From Chloroflexia bacterium (GTDB taxonomy: Bacteria > Chloroflexota > Chloroflexia > QHBQ01 > JADMIH01), in assembly GCA_035474135.1 (NCBI GenBank), contig DATINP010000044.1, positions 4,295 through 68,294 of the forward strand: DNA of 64,000 nt, in the 5' to 3' direction. Numbering within the stretch: position 1 is the stretch's first letter; each line of letters begins with the position of its first letter. Below the pieces are notes generated by a model that ran no database searches, was not told where the DNA came from, and saw only the letters and a program-made list of their open reading frames with translations. Positions 37,089-46,836 of this stretch are shown here, one piece after another. Made by a program: the position numbers and the translations under genes.

Positions 37089-38945
37089 TTAGCGGTTCGG
37101 GAGGCGCAGCACCTTCAGATGCAGCACTCTCTCTCGTGTGCGCTCCTCCGCGAGGTTGCGCTCCCTGGCCTTGAGCAGGTCGTTTAGCGACACCATGCCC
37201 TCCAACCTGGGGTCGCTGCCTCTGCTCACAACGGGGAAGCGGGTGAGGCCGCTCTCGGCCATCCTATATACGACCGCGCGTAGTGGCTCGTCGGGGTAGG
37301 CCACTACGGGGTCGTGCTTCACCACGTCGGCCAGCGTTTGCGCCTTGCCTTCCGTGTTAATATGCTTACCCGCCAGCCTCAATAAGTCCTGTCGCGTTAC
37401 GACACCCTGCAAAATACCTTGCTCGTCCACAATAGGGTAGAGGTGTTGCCCGCGTGAGATGCGCGCTCCGTCGGCGCCCATGATCTCCTCCTGCGTAAGA
37501 CGGGGCAGGGGCAGTCCGGCGGGCAGAGCTATCACGTTGGTGCGCATCACCTCGCGCACCGCCAGAATCTCCAGCGGGTCCACCGCGTACTCGCGGCTCA
37601 GGTGGAAGCCACGGCGGCTCACCTTCTCGGTCAGGATCGAGCGGCGCAGGGTCAGCACCGTGAAGCTGTGAGCAATGAACACCGCCACCACCAGGGGTAG
37701 CAGCATATTCACATCATGGGTGAGTTCGAGCGCGAATAACACCCCCGTGAAAGGCGAGCGCATCGTGCCGCCCAGGATCGCGCCCATACTCACGAGAGGC
37801 CAGAAACCTGCACCCTCGTTGGGTAGGAACGTGGCCTCCAGCCCGCCGAGCGCCCCGCCTATCATTAGCAGAGGCGCGAGCACGCCGCCCGACGTGCCCG
37901 AACCGAGGGACACGGCCCAGATTATGGACTTCACCAGCAGAATGCCCAGGATCATTTGGCTGGGCACCGCACCCTGCAACAGGTCGCCGATGGTGTCGTA
38001 GCCCACGCCCAGGGCCTGCGGGAAGATCAGGCCGCCGATGCCAATCACCAACCCACCAATGGCGGGCCACCACATCCAGTGGATGGGCAATTTGTGGAAC
38101 GCGTCTTCGGACAGATACACCATCTGGGTCAGCACAATGGAGAGCGCGCCCGCCAGCAAACCCACCAGCACGCAGCTAAGCACGCCTGCGAAGCCAATGT
38201 AGGCGGGGTGGGGCGGGGTCGGGAAGAGGGGGCCAAGACCCAGGATGTTGTTGCGCACGACCGTGGCAGCCACACTAGCCATCGCTACGGGCACCACGCT
38301 GCGCGGCCTCCACTCAAAAAGCAGTAGCTCGACCGCGAGCAGGATCGCCGCCACAGGTGTGGCAAAAGTAGCCGCCATGCCGCCCGCCGCGCCCGCCACG
38401 AGCAGGGTCTTGCGTTCGTTGCTGGTAAGGTGGAAGAACTGGGCGATCATAGAGCCGAATGCGCCGCCCGTCATGATAATAGGGCCTTCCGCTCCGAAAG
38501 GCCCGCCCGTACCTATAGAGATCGCCGATGCGAGCGGTTTCAGGAATGCTACGCGGGGCTGCACTTTGCTGCCGTTGATCAGGATGGCCTCGATGGCTTC
38601 GGGTATGCCGTGGCCTCGTATGCGCTCTGAGCCGTAGCGCGCCATCAGACCGATGATTATGCCGCCGATTATGGGTACGATCAGCAGAAAGGGGCCGAGT
38701 TGGTTGTTGGCGGGCGACACCAGCGTCAGGTCGATACGCTGGTAAAAGAAGAGGTTGGTGAAGAAGCCGATCATCCTGAGCAGTATTAGCGCCACGAATG
38801 CGCTTAGCACGCCCACCACTACCGCCAGTAGCGAGATCACTATGACCCTGGGGTTGGATATGAAGTCGCCCAGCTTGTTTGTGGCTCCCGGGTTCGACCC
38901 ACTATCCAGCGCGTTCACGACGCGCGAACCAATGCCTGCCCTCAT
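37089..38945 (-). CDS. ClC-family voltage-gated chloride channel with C-terminal CBS pair
   Basis: GSERIRGHGIPE, GTGGPFGAEGP, GGAFG ClC selectivity motifs; two CBS domains. Confidence 0.85.
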   Translation of the reverse strand: MRAGIGSRVVNALDSGSNPGATNKLGDFISNPRVIVISLLAVVVGVLSAFVALILLRMIGFFTNLFFYQRIDLTLVSPANNQLGPFLLIVPIIGGIIIGLMARYGSERIRGHGIPEAIEAILINGSKVQPRVAFLKPLASAISIGTGGPFGAEGPIIMTGGAFGSMIAQFFHLTSNERKTLLVAGAAGGMAATFATPVAAILLAVELLLFEWRPRSVVPVAMASVAATVVRNNILGLGPLFPTPPHPAYIGFAGVLSCVLVGLLAGALSIVLTQMVYLSEDAFHKLPIHWMWWPAIGGLVIGIGGLIFPQALGVGYDTIGDLLQGAVPSQMILGILLVKSIIWAVSLGSGTSGGVLAPLLMIGGALGGLEATFLPNEGAGFWPLVSMGAILGGTMRSPFTGVLFALELTHDVNMLLPLVVAVFIAHSFTVLTLRRSILTEKVSRRGFHLSREYAVDPLEILAVREVMRTNVIALPAGLPLPRLTQEEIMGADGARISRGQHLYPIVDEQGILQGVVTRQDLLRLAGKHINTEGKAQTLADVVKHDPVVAYPDEPLRAVVYRMAESGLTRFPVVSRGSDPRLEGMVSLNDLLKARERNLAEERTRERVLHLKVLRLPNR

Positions 38946-38998
38946 TCTCGGATTCCTCCTGGTTTTCGATGTTGCCTGGATGTTATCGGTGTTGTGAC

Positions 38999-39451
38999 TT
39001 AGCGTTGTTCGAGGTCCTGGCTCTCATTCTCTCGACGTACCTGAAACAGCTTGGTCAATGAGCGCACCAGCGCCGGGCCGTTCGACCTCAACTCCTCAAG
39101 GTGGTGTATCGAAAGCTCGCGCAACACTTTTTCGCCCCGCTCTGTCAGGCGCACATACACATGCCTGCGGTCGTCCTCTGCGCGTGCGCGCTCCACCAGC
39201 CCGCTGGCTTCAGCGCGGTTGACAAGCTCCCCGGCGCTGTGGTGGCGGACCTTCAGCCTCTTGGCCAGTTCGCCTATAGTTAGTCTTCCATCGTGGCCGA
39301 AGCCCTCGACGATCAGCAGTAATTGGTGCTGCTGCGGCTCTAGCCCGATAGCGTGTGCGCTCTGCTCGCTGAACGAGAGAAAGGCACGAATCCGGTAGCG
39401 GAACTCGGCCAAAGCCTGGTAATCGTTCTTGTCTAGCTTGTGCGATTGCAT
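38999..39451 (-). CDS. MarR-family transcriptional regulator
   Basis: Winged-helix MarR core (LTIGELAKRLKVRHHSAGELVNRAEASGLVER). Confidence 0.8.
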   Translation of the reverse strand: MQSHKLDKNDYQALAEFRYRIRAFLSFSEQSAHAIGLEPQQHQLLLIVEGFGHDGRLTIGELAKRLKVRHHSAGELVNRAEASGLVERARAEDDRRHVYVRLTERGEKVLRELSIHHLEELRSNGPALVRSLTKLFQVRRENESQDLEQR

Positions 39452-39725
39452 ATGTTCTCTTGCCCTTCTTTATATCGTAGCACGATATTCCTTCAATAGC
39501 ATACAGGACGAATACCTGCCTTGTCAACGTGGCCGGGATGGTTCGTAGCATGTAAGTCACCAGTCGTGCCTCACCTTAGGCATCGCCGCCGGTCGCCCGA
39601 AACTGTGCCCGAAAGGACTACACAAAATATGTCCCGTTTTGCCTACCATACGTCATTAAGATAGTAGAACACTTATCAAGCACGACGTATGACGTATTAC
39701 GTCCCGCCCCTGTTATAATGTCCCC

Positions 39726-40268
39726 ATGAAACGCATGATCGCTTTTCTGCGCGCCATCAATGTTGGCGGGCACACCGTCAAGATGGACCGCCTGCGAGCA
39801 CTTTTCGAGGAAATGGGGTTTTCTAATGTGGAGACCTTCATCGCGAGTGGTAACGTTATTTTCGAGGCTCCCTCGGGGGATGCACGTACGCTTGAAGAGA
39901 GGATCGAGAAGCACCTGAACGAGGCGCTGGGATACAAGGTGGCGACTTTCCTGCGCACCTCAACCGAACTGGTCGCCGTCGCAGACCATCATCCCTTCCC
40001 CGACGAGGATGCTTCGCAAGAGGGTACGATCTACGTGGCGTTTCTACCGAGCGCACCCAACAAAGAGGCCCAAGAAAAGCTGATGGCCTTACGGACACCT
40101 GCCGACGACTTCCACGTCCACGAGCGCGAGATCTACTGGCTGTGTCGCACGAGGATGAGCGAGTCGGCGTTCTCGGGTGGCCTGCTCGAAAAGACTATAG
40201 GTCTGCCCGCGACTATGCGCAACATCAGCACAGTCAGCAAGTTGGCCGCGAAGTATGGTGAGGGGTAG
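39726..40268 (+). CDS. DUF1697-domain protein
   Basis: MIAFLRAINVGGHTVKM N-terminus typical of DUF1697. Confidence 0.7.
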   Translation: MKRMIAFLRAINVGGHTVKMDRLRALFEEMGFSNVETFIASGNVIFEAPSGDARTLEERIEKHLNEALGYKVATFLRTSTELVAVADHHPFPDEDASQEGTIYVAFLPSAPNKEAQEKLMALRTPADDFHVHEREIYWLCRTRMSESAFSGGLLEKTIGLPATMRNISTVSKLAAKYGEG

Positions 40269-40294
40269 GCGCATTCGCAAAGGAGGGAGACTAG

Positions 40295-40630
40295 ATGGGA
40301 GTGAGCCAGGCATATCGAGAGCGCGTTATGGAACAGTTAGCCCCAGTGGGTACAATTCGCGCACGGAGTTTGTTCGGGGAGGTAGCGCTGTATGCCGATG
40401 ACCAGCTTTTTGGCATGATCGTGGACGATGGAGTCTACTTCAAGGTAGATGACACGAACCGGGCGACCTACGAGGCCGAGGGCATTGGGCCTTTTGTCGC
40501 GCCCTGGACGGGCAAGCCCACGTCGTACTACGGTGTACCCGAAGCTGTGCTTGCGGACCCTGCGCGGCTGGGAGAGTGGGTTGAGCAGGCAGTGGCCGTA
40601 GCGGAACGCAAGCCGAAGAAAAAGAAGTAG
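40295..40630 (+). CDS. TfoX/Sxy N-terminal-domain protein
   Basis: LFGEVALYADDQLFGMIVDDGVYFKVDD signature. Confidence 0.65.
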   Translation: MGVSQAYRERVMEQLAPVGTIRARSLFGEVALYADDQLFGMIVDDGVYFKVDDTNRATYEAEGIGPFVAPWTGKPTSYYGVPEAVLADPARLGEWVEQAVAVAERKPKKKK

Positions 40631-40646
40631 CAGGGGACGTAATCTT

Positions 40647-41240
40647 ATGGCAACAGACCAACCAAAGCCCGACAACCCCTGGCTCGCGAGGGCGGGTGTC
40701 TCGGGTGATGATTACGACAAGACCTATGAGACAAGGGCTGAGGCAGGTGAGAATGTGCATGGCGAGGCCGACTTCGTAGAGGCTTTTGCTCCCGCTTCAG
40801 TGCTGGACGCGGGCTGTGGCACGGGACGCATAGCTATTGAGCTTGCGCGGCGCGGTATGGACGTGGCGGGCGTTGACCTCGATACGAGACTGTTGGACAG
40901 GGCACGCTTCAAAGCCCCGCACCTGGCGTGGTATCTGGACGACCTGGCGACGGTGGATCTGGGCCGGCAGTTCGACGTGGTGCTGATGGCAGGCAACGTG
41001 ATGATATTCCTCACACCCGGCACGTAAGGCGCTGTGTTGAAGAATATGGCCCACCACCTGGCACCGGATGGGCATCTTGTGGCTGGCTTCCAACTGGGTG
41101 CGGACCGTCTCTCTCTTAGCGAATACGACCGTCTGGCCTCGGAGGCCGGGCTGAAGCTTGATACGCGCTATGCCACCTGGGAGCGCGACCCCTGGTACGC
41201 GGAGAGTGGCTACGCAGTATCTGTGCATAGCCACTCCTGA
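40647..41240 (+). pseudogene. class I SAM-dependent methyltransferase interrupted by a single in-frame TAA (41025-41027)
   Basis: ORFs 40647-41027 and 41034-41240 are in the same frame; TAA sits where MTase post-motif Glu (GAA) is expected (FLTPGT*GAVLKNMAHHLAPDGHLV). Confidence 0.6.
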
Positions 41241-41256
41241 CCTTAGCAAACGGTAA

Positions 41257-42270
41257 CTATGGCTTGCCGGGCGCAGATGGGGGATCCGGGGTTGGAGTTT
41301 GTTCTTCGACCAGGACCGCCCCCTCCGGCAACTTGAAGGTGAAGAAGTCCGCCGGGAAATTGCTCCTTGGGAGCAGTTCGTCCAGCGCGATCTTGTTCAC
41401 AACCGTATCTTTAAGCCCATCTTGCGTGCCACCTATCGTCGTAGTTTCTGCCGAATATTTAAGTAGCTGGTTGGCTTCGTGGTCTATCCAGTAGGTGACG
41501 ACAACGTGCTTGTATGATGTGAGGTCCTTTGGCGTTGGGCTGGGGGTGACATCGTTTTCCGTCGTAATGACCACGACAGGGCGGCCATCAAGCGTGTCAT
41601 TGCCGACGAGATGGGCGTTTTCCAGCCGCAGCGTCCTGGTGATTATGTTGGGGTCGGGAAGAAGGCTTACAACTAATCGCGGATCATATTCAGATCGGTT
41701 GATCATGTTGCCGTTCGCAGGGTCGTACTCGTAGTAGCCGCTGTCGTCCAGCCAGTTTGTCATGCTGACCGGCACGGTGACAACATCCTTCATCAGTGGG
41801 TGGTTCTGGCCTTGCGTGAGCCAGAACTCCTCGTTGTGCTCTTCTGTGGTCGTAACAGGCCCGCCGAGGGCAGTGCCGTCGGTTGTAAGACTGCCCGTGA
41901 GCACCATATGGCGTACCATGCCTGCCGGCAGGAATTCTCTGCCTGTTGGCGTTGGTACTCCCATCATGGGTAGAGGGTCGGCGATGGGTCGGTTCATGAC
42001 GACTAATGAGATAGTTAGTCCGGCGAGCACCACCAACGCGACCAGGGCCATCGCGGCATTGACCCTGAACTTGCGTGCACCCGGTTGGATGCGTGCCTGT
42101 GGCGGCTTCGCGATCATACTCTCGGCGGTGCGCCCGAGCGTGGGCGTCGTTGCGTGCTCCGCGCTACCTTCCGGCAGCATTGCCCTGATTATGGGCCAGG
42201 GGTCTTTCTTGTCGGGCATATCGCCCTCTATATATTCCTTCAATACGCTTCGCACAACGTCATCTTTCAT
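41257..42270 (-). CDS. putative anti-sigma factor (membrane-anchored, extracytoplasmic beta-rich domain)
   Basis: Downstream of the ECF sigma gene; N-terminal cytoplasmic helix, one TM, extracellular domain. Confidence 0.5.
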   Translation of the reverse strand: MKDDVVRSVLKEYIEGDMPDKKDPWPIIRAMLPEGSAEHATTPTLGRTAESMIAKPPQARIQPGARKFRVNAAMALVALVVLAGLTISLVVMNRPIADPLPMMGVPTPTGREFLPAGMVRHMVLTGSLTTDGTALGGPVTTTEEHNEEFWLTQGQNHPLMKDVVTVPVSMTNWLDDSGYYEYDPANGNMINRSEYDPRLVVSLLPDPNIITRTLRLENAHLVGNDTLDGRPVVVITTENDVTPSPTPKDLTSYKHVVVTYWIDHEANQLLKYSAETTTIGGTQDGLKDTVVNKIALDELLPRSNFPADFFTFKLPEGAVLVEEQTPTPDPPSAPGKP

Positions 42271-42353
42271 GATTGTTCTCCTTTTCGGGCTGGCCTTTCC
42301 AGCCGTTGGGTCGTGCTCTGGTGGGCACGTTTATGGCTTTACAAGGGGGCGGG

Positions 42354-42902
42354 CTATTCGGAGCCTCCGGTGGGCAGAAGCTTTCTCAGCCGCTCGCGGG
42401 CATCGTGCAGACGCCGTCTGACTGTGCCGGGCGGCACCTCTAGCCGCCTCGACGCCTCGGCATCGCTGATGTCCAGGTAATACTTCATGAACACGGCTGC
42501 ACGCTGGGCGGGCGACAGTTTGTGGAGGGCGGCCAGCACTTCTTCCCTGGTTTCTGCGGCTTCCAGCGCCGCGACCACGTCCAGTTCGGGTCCGGCGATC
42601 TCAGAGTGGGCCACGCCGTCCTGTGTATCGAGAGATAGGTCGTGTCTGCCTGCGGCCACCTTGAGCGCGCTGTTTATCACGCTGCGCAGAAACCAGGGGC
42701 CAAAGGGTCGCGAGCTATCGAAGCCGCCTATTCGCTCGTAAGCGTTCAGGAAAGCCGACTGGGCCACGTCCTCGGCCAGCGACCAATCGTCCAGTACGAG
42801 GTAGGCCGACTTCGCCGCCTGCGTGTAATAGCGATGCACGAGCGCTTCCAGCCCGCTTATGTCCTTTGCCTTGAGCCGTGCGATGGCTTCCTGCTCGGTC
42901 AT
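42354..42902 (-). CDS. ECF-subfamily RNA polymerase sigma-70 factor
   Basis: Region 2 (FLNAYERIGGFD) and region 4 (LSPAQRAAVFMKYYLDISDAEASRRLEVPPGTVRRRL). Confidence 0.9.
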   Translation of the reverse strand: MTEQEAIARLKAKDISGLEALVHRYYTQAAKSAYLVLDDWSLAEDVAQSAFLNAYERIGGFDSSRPFGPWFLRSVINSALKVAAGRHDLSLDTQDGVAHSEIAGPELDVVAALEAAETREEVLAALHKLSPAQRAAVFMKYYLDISDAEASRRLEVPPGTVRRRLHDARERLRKLLPTGGSE

Positions 42903-43026
42903 GTTTCCTCCGCGTGTTTGTGTGATTGCCGGGTGAAGGTCCCTTCGCTATACAATATCCGCAAGCAGGCGATTCTGTTCGGGTTAAGCCGGTCCAAGAC
43001 CACGATTGTGGTAGAATTAAAGCTCA

Positions 43027-43308
43027 ATGAAGGAGCACACCATGATCCCTGACGAAATTAGAGAACGGCTGGACGAGAACGAACTCGAGTTCCTTGAGGC
43101 TGCGCTTGAACTCTATGGCGAGCAGGCAGACCACAGCCAACCCCTCCTTGCCGGGGGCATTGCACGTTCGCTGCGCTGGCGCATGTCACCAGCCGAGCTG
43201 AACAAATTTGTACGCAGGCTCTACAGCCGGTCTTTTGTCCTCAGCCCCAAGAACGTAAGTGGCGGCCCCGCATTCTATCTCGTCCCGCAAATAACAGGCG
43301 AGGAGTAA
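43027..43308 (+). CDS. hypothetical protein
   Basis: 93-aa ORF with no recognisable motifs. Confidence 0.35.
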   Translation: MKEHTMIPDEIRERLDENELEFLEAALELYGEQADHSQPLLAGGIARSLRWRMSPAELNKFVRRLYSRSFVLSPKNVSGGPAFYLVPQITGEE

Positions 43309-43352
43309 CCATCGCCTGTAGGCTTAGTAGTGACCTTCCTCTGGGGTTGAGA

Positions 43353-43673
43353 CTAATCCAGGTTCAGCAACGGTACACCGGGAATACCCAATCCATCCGA
43401 GCCTGGCAATTCGTTGCTCGGACCGTACACAATTGCCCAACGTTTCCCGAAATCTCGCTGCGTAGTCTGATATGCGCCCCCGGACACCACATAGGTCATC
43501 CGCTCGTGAACTAACTGCCGTACTCGAGCATGCAGAATCTCCAGATTTGGCTGCTCCTGCCTCAGTGCCATGGTAATGTCGTAGGCGGTAAAGTCCGCTT
43601 CGGCGAGGATGTGGGCCTCCAATTGCTTTTCCACCAGTGCCGTTAGCAGTTCTTCGGTGATTGGGATACGCAT
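43353..43673 (-). CDS. hypothetical protein (co-operonic with the PARP-like gene)
   Basis: 106-aa ORF 42 nt downstream of the PARP-like gene on the same strand. Confidence 0.4.
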   Translation of the reverse strand: MRIPITEELLTALVEKQLEAHILAEADFTAYDITMALRQEQPNLEILHARVRQLVHERMTYVVSGGAYQTTQRDFGKRWAIVYGPSNELPGSDGLGIPGVPLLNLD

Positions 43674-43715
43674 GAGTTTCTCCTTTTGCTATGAGGTACG
43701 CTGGAAGCCTGGGCG

Positions 43716-44942
43716 CTAGCGGTCAAACGTCACAAGGTATCGAATAGTCTGCTGCGCGGGCGAGTAAATTACGAATTCATCGTTTAGAAGTGTCTGCTGC
43801 GCCTGCGCTGCAAGCCGGGTGTGTCCAGCCTTGCCCCACACCGAATCATATCCTCGCGGCGGCTCCTTCACTTGCGCTGTGGGCGCTTCGTATCGCTTGC
43901 CCAGGGCGGCCTCCACGACCAGCAGCATTTTCGGCACGTCCCGCTTGCTTGACGAGCAGTAGTTGGTGCTCTTGGTAGATTTGTTGGCTAGATAGATACC
44001 ATTGCCCAGCATGCGCCCGTTAGAAGGGGCTTTGGGGCAGATCAGCCCTGAGCGCAGGATATGGCGCACGTTGCGCGTATGTGTGCCGTGAAAGAGTAAC
44101 TCGCGGTGGGATGTGCCGCGCTTGTTCGCCTCGTAAGCGCTGCGCTCGGCCGGTATCTCCACCTCGAACACGTCGCGCACTTTTATTTCGTAGCCGTGGG
44201 CCTGTGTGCGCTTGATGTAGTCGAGGAGGGATACGCGCACCTCATCCTCTGCACTGAGCACGGCCAGCCGCGCCCCCAGCATCTGGTAGCGAGTGTGGTT
44301 GGGGTGCAGGCGCTTCTCCTTCAAGGTAGAGATAGCGGCCTCCAACTGGTTGAGGCGCTCTTCCTGCTCGGAGAACTCGTTGCAGAAGCGCTTCACGACC
44401 TCCTCGCGGTCAATACGCGCGGGAAGGCGCGTGGGTATCGAATTATAGTAGGCCTGGATGGTGGCGGACAATGACTCCAGATTCTGTTCGCGCCTGAACG
44501 GGTTGATGCGATAGTGGAGGAGTTGGTTCTGCGCCTGCGCGAGCAACCTTCTCCCTTCAGCCACTTGCGCCTGGCTGAGCGCGTCGACAGGCACCGCCAG
44601 GTATGATTGGATGTGCTCACCCGCTTCCGAGAACACCCATTCCACCAACTGTGAAATAGTAGGGTGGATCTGTGGGACGTTCGCGTCCGGCTGGCTTCCC
44701 GCCGTGCTATCGGAGTCTGCCGCAGGTTCGTGTAGCTCTACCCGGCGATAGCCCTTGCGCACCTTCTCGCCGATTTGCCGCTCTACCTCGCGCCTTGTAG
44801 CCGACTTTTCCTTAACCTGCGGTTTGGTGCCCACCCGGCCCCACGTGGCACGAAAGAGTACACTGCCGTCCTGTTGTGGCCAAAGCTCGACCATGTAGAA
44901 CTTGTTGTGGTTGTCCGTAAGGTCCGTTAGCTGGTACATCAT
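43716..44942 (-). CDS. bacterial poly(ADP-ribose) polymerase homolog (WGR domain plus PARP catalytic domain)
   Basis: WGR signature NKFYMVELW...ATWGRVGT; catalytic H-Y-E positions (LLFHGTHTRNV, GNGIYLANKSTKSTNYC, LNDEFVIYSPAQQTIRYL) align with PARP1; ORF track extends to 45068, MMYQL start preferred. Confidence 0.75.
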   Translation of the reverse strand: MMYQLTDLTDNHNKFYMVELWPQQDGSVLFRATWGRVGTKPQVKEKSATRREVERQIGEKVRKGYRRVELHEPAADSDSTAGSQPDANVPQIHPTISQLVEWVFSEAGEHIQSYLAVPVDALSQAQVAEGRRLLAQAQNQLLHYRINPFRREQNLESLSATIQAYYNSIPTRLPARIDREEVVKRFCNEFSEQEERLNQLEAAISTLKEKRLHPNHTRYQMLGARLAVLSAEDEVRVSLLDYIKRTQAHGYEIKVRDVFEVEIPAERSAYEANKRGTSHRELLFHGTHTRNVRHILRSGLICPKAPSNGRMLGNGIYLANKSTKSTNYCSSSKRDVPKMLLVVEAALGKRYEAPTAQVKEPPRGYDSVWGKAGHTRLAAQAQQTLLNDEFVIYSPAQQTIRYLVTFDR

Positions 44943-45198
44943 ACGCTCGGCGGGCGCGTCGGTATTCGGCGAGGTAGAGATCGCGTCGGGTTGGGTGGGA
45001 TCACTGCCCGTCTGTTGCGTGGTCACAAGGCCTCCTTTGTGGCGATTGCTTGGTGGCGGATGTGGCACAGGGTTCTGCTGATTACCTCTATATTTTACTC
45101 GATTTTTTGATTGACGGGGCGAACCGCGCGTGCTACGATATTGTTGTGTGAAGCATCAATAGCGTGGGTGCGCGTTCATCCAGCAGCCCAGGAGAGAC

Positions 45199-46038
45199 AT
45201 GGTAACTATCATTAAAGAGCAGACAGAGCTTCGGCAGAGAGTGATACCGGTGGGGGTTGTAGAGCAACTCAACAGGTATCCGGTCAAGTCGATGCTGGCG
45301 GAGCCGCTGACCGAGGCCGATGTCAACCTGCACGGGGTGGTGGGCGACCGCCGTTTCGCCTTCATACAGAGCGGCAATCACACCCGGTTCCCCTGGCTGA
45401 CCGCGCGCGAGGTTCCGCGTATGATGCTGTACAGGGCCGAACATGTTGACCCCTCCGACCCAGACATTTCCGGGGTACTCGTGACGACGCCCGAAGGCAG
45501 GCAGTTGGACCTGTTCAGCGCCGAGCTACTCGATGAACTGCGGGAGCAGTTGAAGCCGAGATTGCGCAAACACCCGATCTTCCCTGTGCACTTGAGCAGT
45601 GCGTTTGACTCGGCTCACATTTCGATCTTGACCCCACACGCTGTGCAGAAGCTATCAGACCTGATGGGCGGTGACGTCGAGCCGCGGCGCTTCCGGTCCA
45701 ACCTCTACGTCAATACAGACGGCAGCGAACAGCCCGATGAGCAGACATGGATCGGCAGCCAGGTAGTGATAGGCGATGGCGATCAGGCAACGGTGGTGGC
45801 GATCACCAAGGGTATTCCGCGCTGTATGATGCCCAATCTGCACCCCGATACCGCCGTGCAAGACCCCCGCATCCTGCGCACTATCGCCCGTAAGCAGGAT
45901 AATTTGATGGGCATATACGGCACCGTGGTAAAGCGAGGCAGGATCCATGTGGGCGACACAGTGCGCCTGTTGGTCGACGAAGGGCGGCAGGTAATCGACG
46001 ACCAACCGCACGTGAAGAGTGTGATGCGGTTGAAGTAA
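45199..46038 (+). CDS. MOSC-domain protein (YcbX-like) with N-terminal beta-barrel
   Basis: MOSC core (RFRSNLYV, IPRCMMPNL) and N-terminal MOSC_N region. Confidence 0.7.
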   Translation: MVTIIKEQTELRQRVIPVGVVEQLNRYPVKSMLAEPLTEADVNLHGVVGDRRFAFIQSGNHTRFPWLTAREVPRMMLYRAEHVDPSDPDISGVLVTTPEGRQLDLFSAELLDELREQLKPRLRKHPIFPVHLSSAFDSAHISILTPHAVQKLSDLMGGDVEPRRFRSNLYVNTDGSEQPDEQTWIGSQVVIGDGDQATVVAITKGIPRCMMPNLHPDTAVQDPRILRTIARKQDNLMGIYGTVVKRGRIHVGDTVRLLVDEGRQVIDDQPHVKSVMRLK

Positions 46039-46157
46039 GGCTACGTCATGCGTGGTAGATCTCTCTACTGATGGCTGCATCTCAGATGTTGTCTGGGTGA
46101 AGTCGGCGCTCCGGCTACAACTTGCATCGCTAAACGCAGAGTGATACAGGTATTACC

Positions 46158-46832
46158 ATGAGCAGAACTTACACTTATATTGCGGCACTCATTGGCGTGG
46201 TATGCGCCTATTTCATCATCCGCTCATTCATCTTTGGCAACTTCTTTGACAACACGAGAACGGTGCCTAGTGACGTGGTGCAGGGCATTCTCATCGGCTT
46301 CGGACTGGCGTTTGTCACGGCCCAGGTTTACGCGAGGATCAAGGCCACGAGGGTCAACGGGTGGATCACTATGTTTGGATTGGGCGAGCCTGGCAACGGC
46401 ATGTTGCTGCGCGCCGCGCACGCCCAATTATTTCCCGGCCCGGTGAACGTTCCGCAAGAGGCCATGTATTGGTGGACGAACGCGGATGGCGCAGGCCATA
46501 CGCTCTCCGGAGATAGCGACTATATCATGCACTTTCCGCCAGGTGGGCTTCCGCCGAACAATGCATTCTGGTCGCTAACTATGGGTACTTCGAAGAATCA
46601 TTTTGTGCCAAATCCGATCAATCGCTACAGCGTCAGCGATCGTTCCGGCCTCGCGCAAAACCCGGACGGTTCGGTCGACATTTACCTTCAGCACGCTGCC
46701 CCGGCCGGTCACGAGTCCAACTGGCTGCCGGCCTCTTCGGACAATTTCATACTCTGGCTGCGCGTGTACATACCCGGCGAGGCCATTCTCCGTGGCGAGT
46801 ACAAAGTGCCGCCGGTTGCCAAAGTGAGATGA
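46158..46832 (+). CDS. DUF1214-domain membrane-anchored protein
   Basis: FWSLTMG...NPINRYS...NWLP...LRVYIP pattern; N-terminal TM. Confidence 0.55.
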   Translation: MSRTYTYIAALIGVVCAYFIIRSFIFGNFFDNTRTVPSDVVQGILIGFGLAFVTAQVYARIKATRVNGWITMFGLGEPGNGMLLRAAHAQLFPGPVNVPQEAMYWWTNADGAGHTLSGDSDYIMHFPPGGLPPNNAFWSLTMGTSKNHFVPNPINRYSVSDRSGLAQNPDGSVDIYLQHAAPAGHESNWLPASSDNFILWLRVYIPGEAILRGEYKVPPVAKVR

Positions 46833-46836
46833 TGTA

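Noticed and set aside
41025-41027. Selenocysteine or programmed recoding as explanation for the in-frame stop in the methyltransferase
   Set aside because: The codon is TAA, not TGA, and no SECIS-like hairpin follows; a nonsense mutation or sequencing error is simpler.
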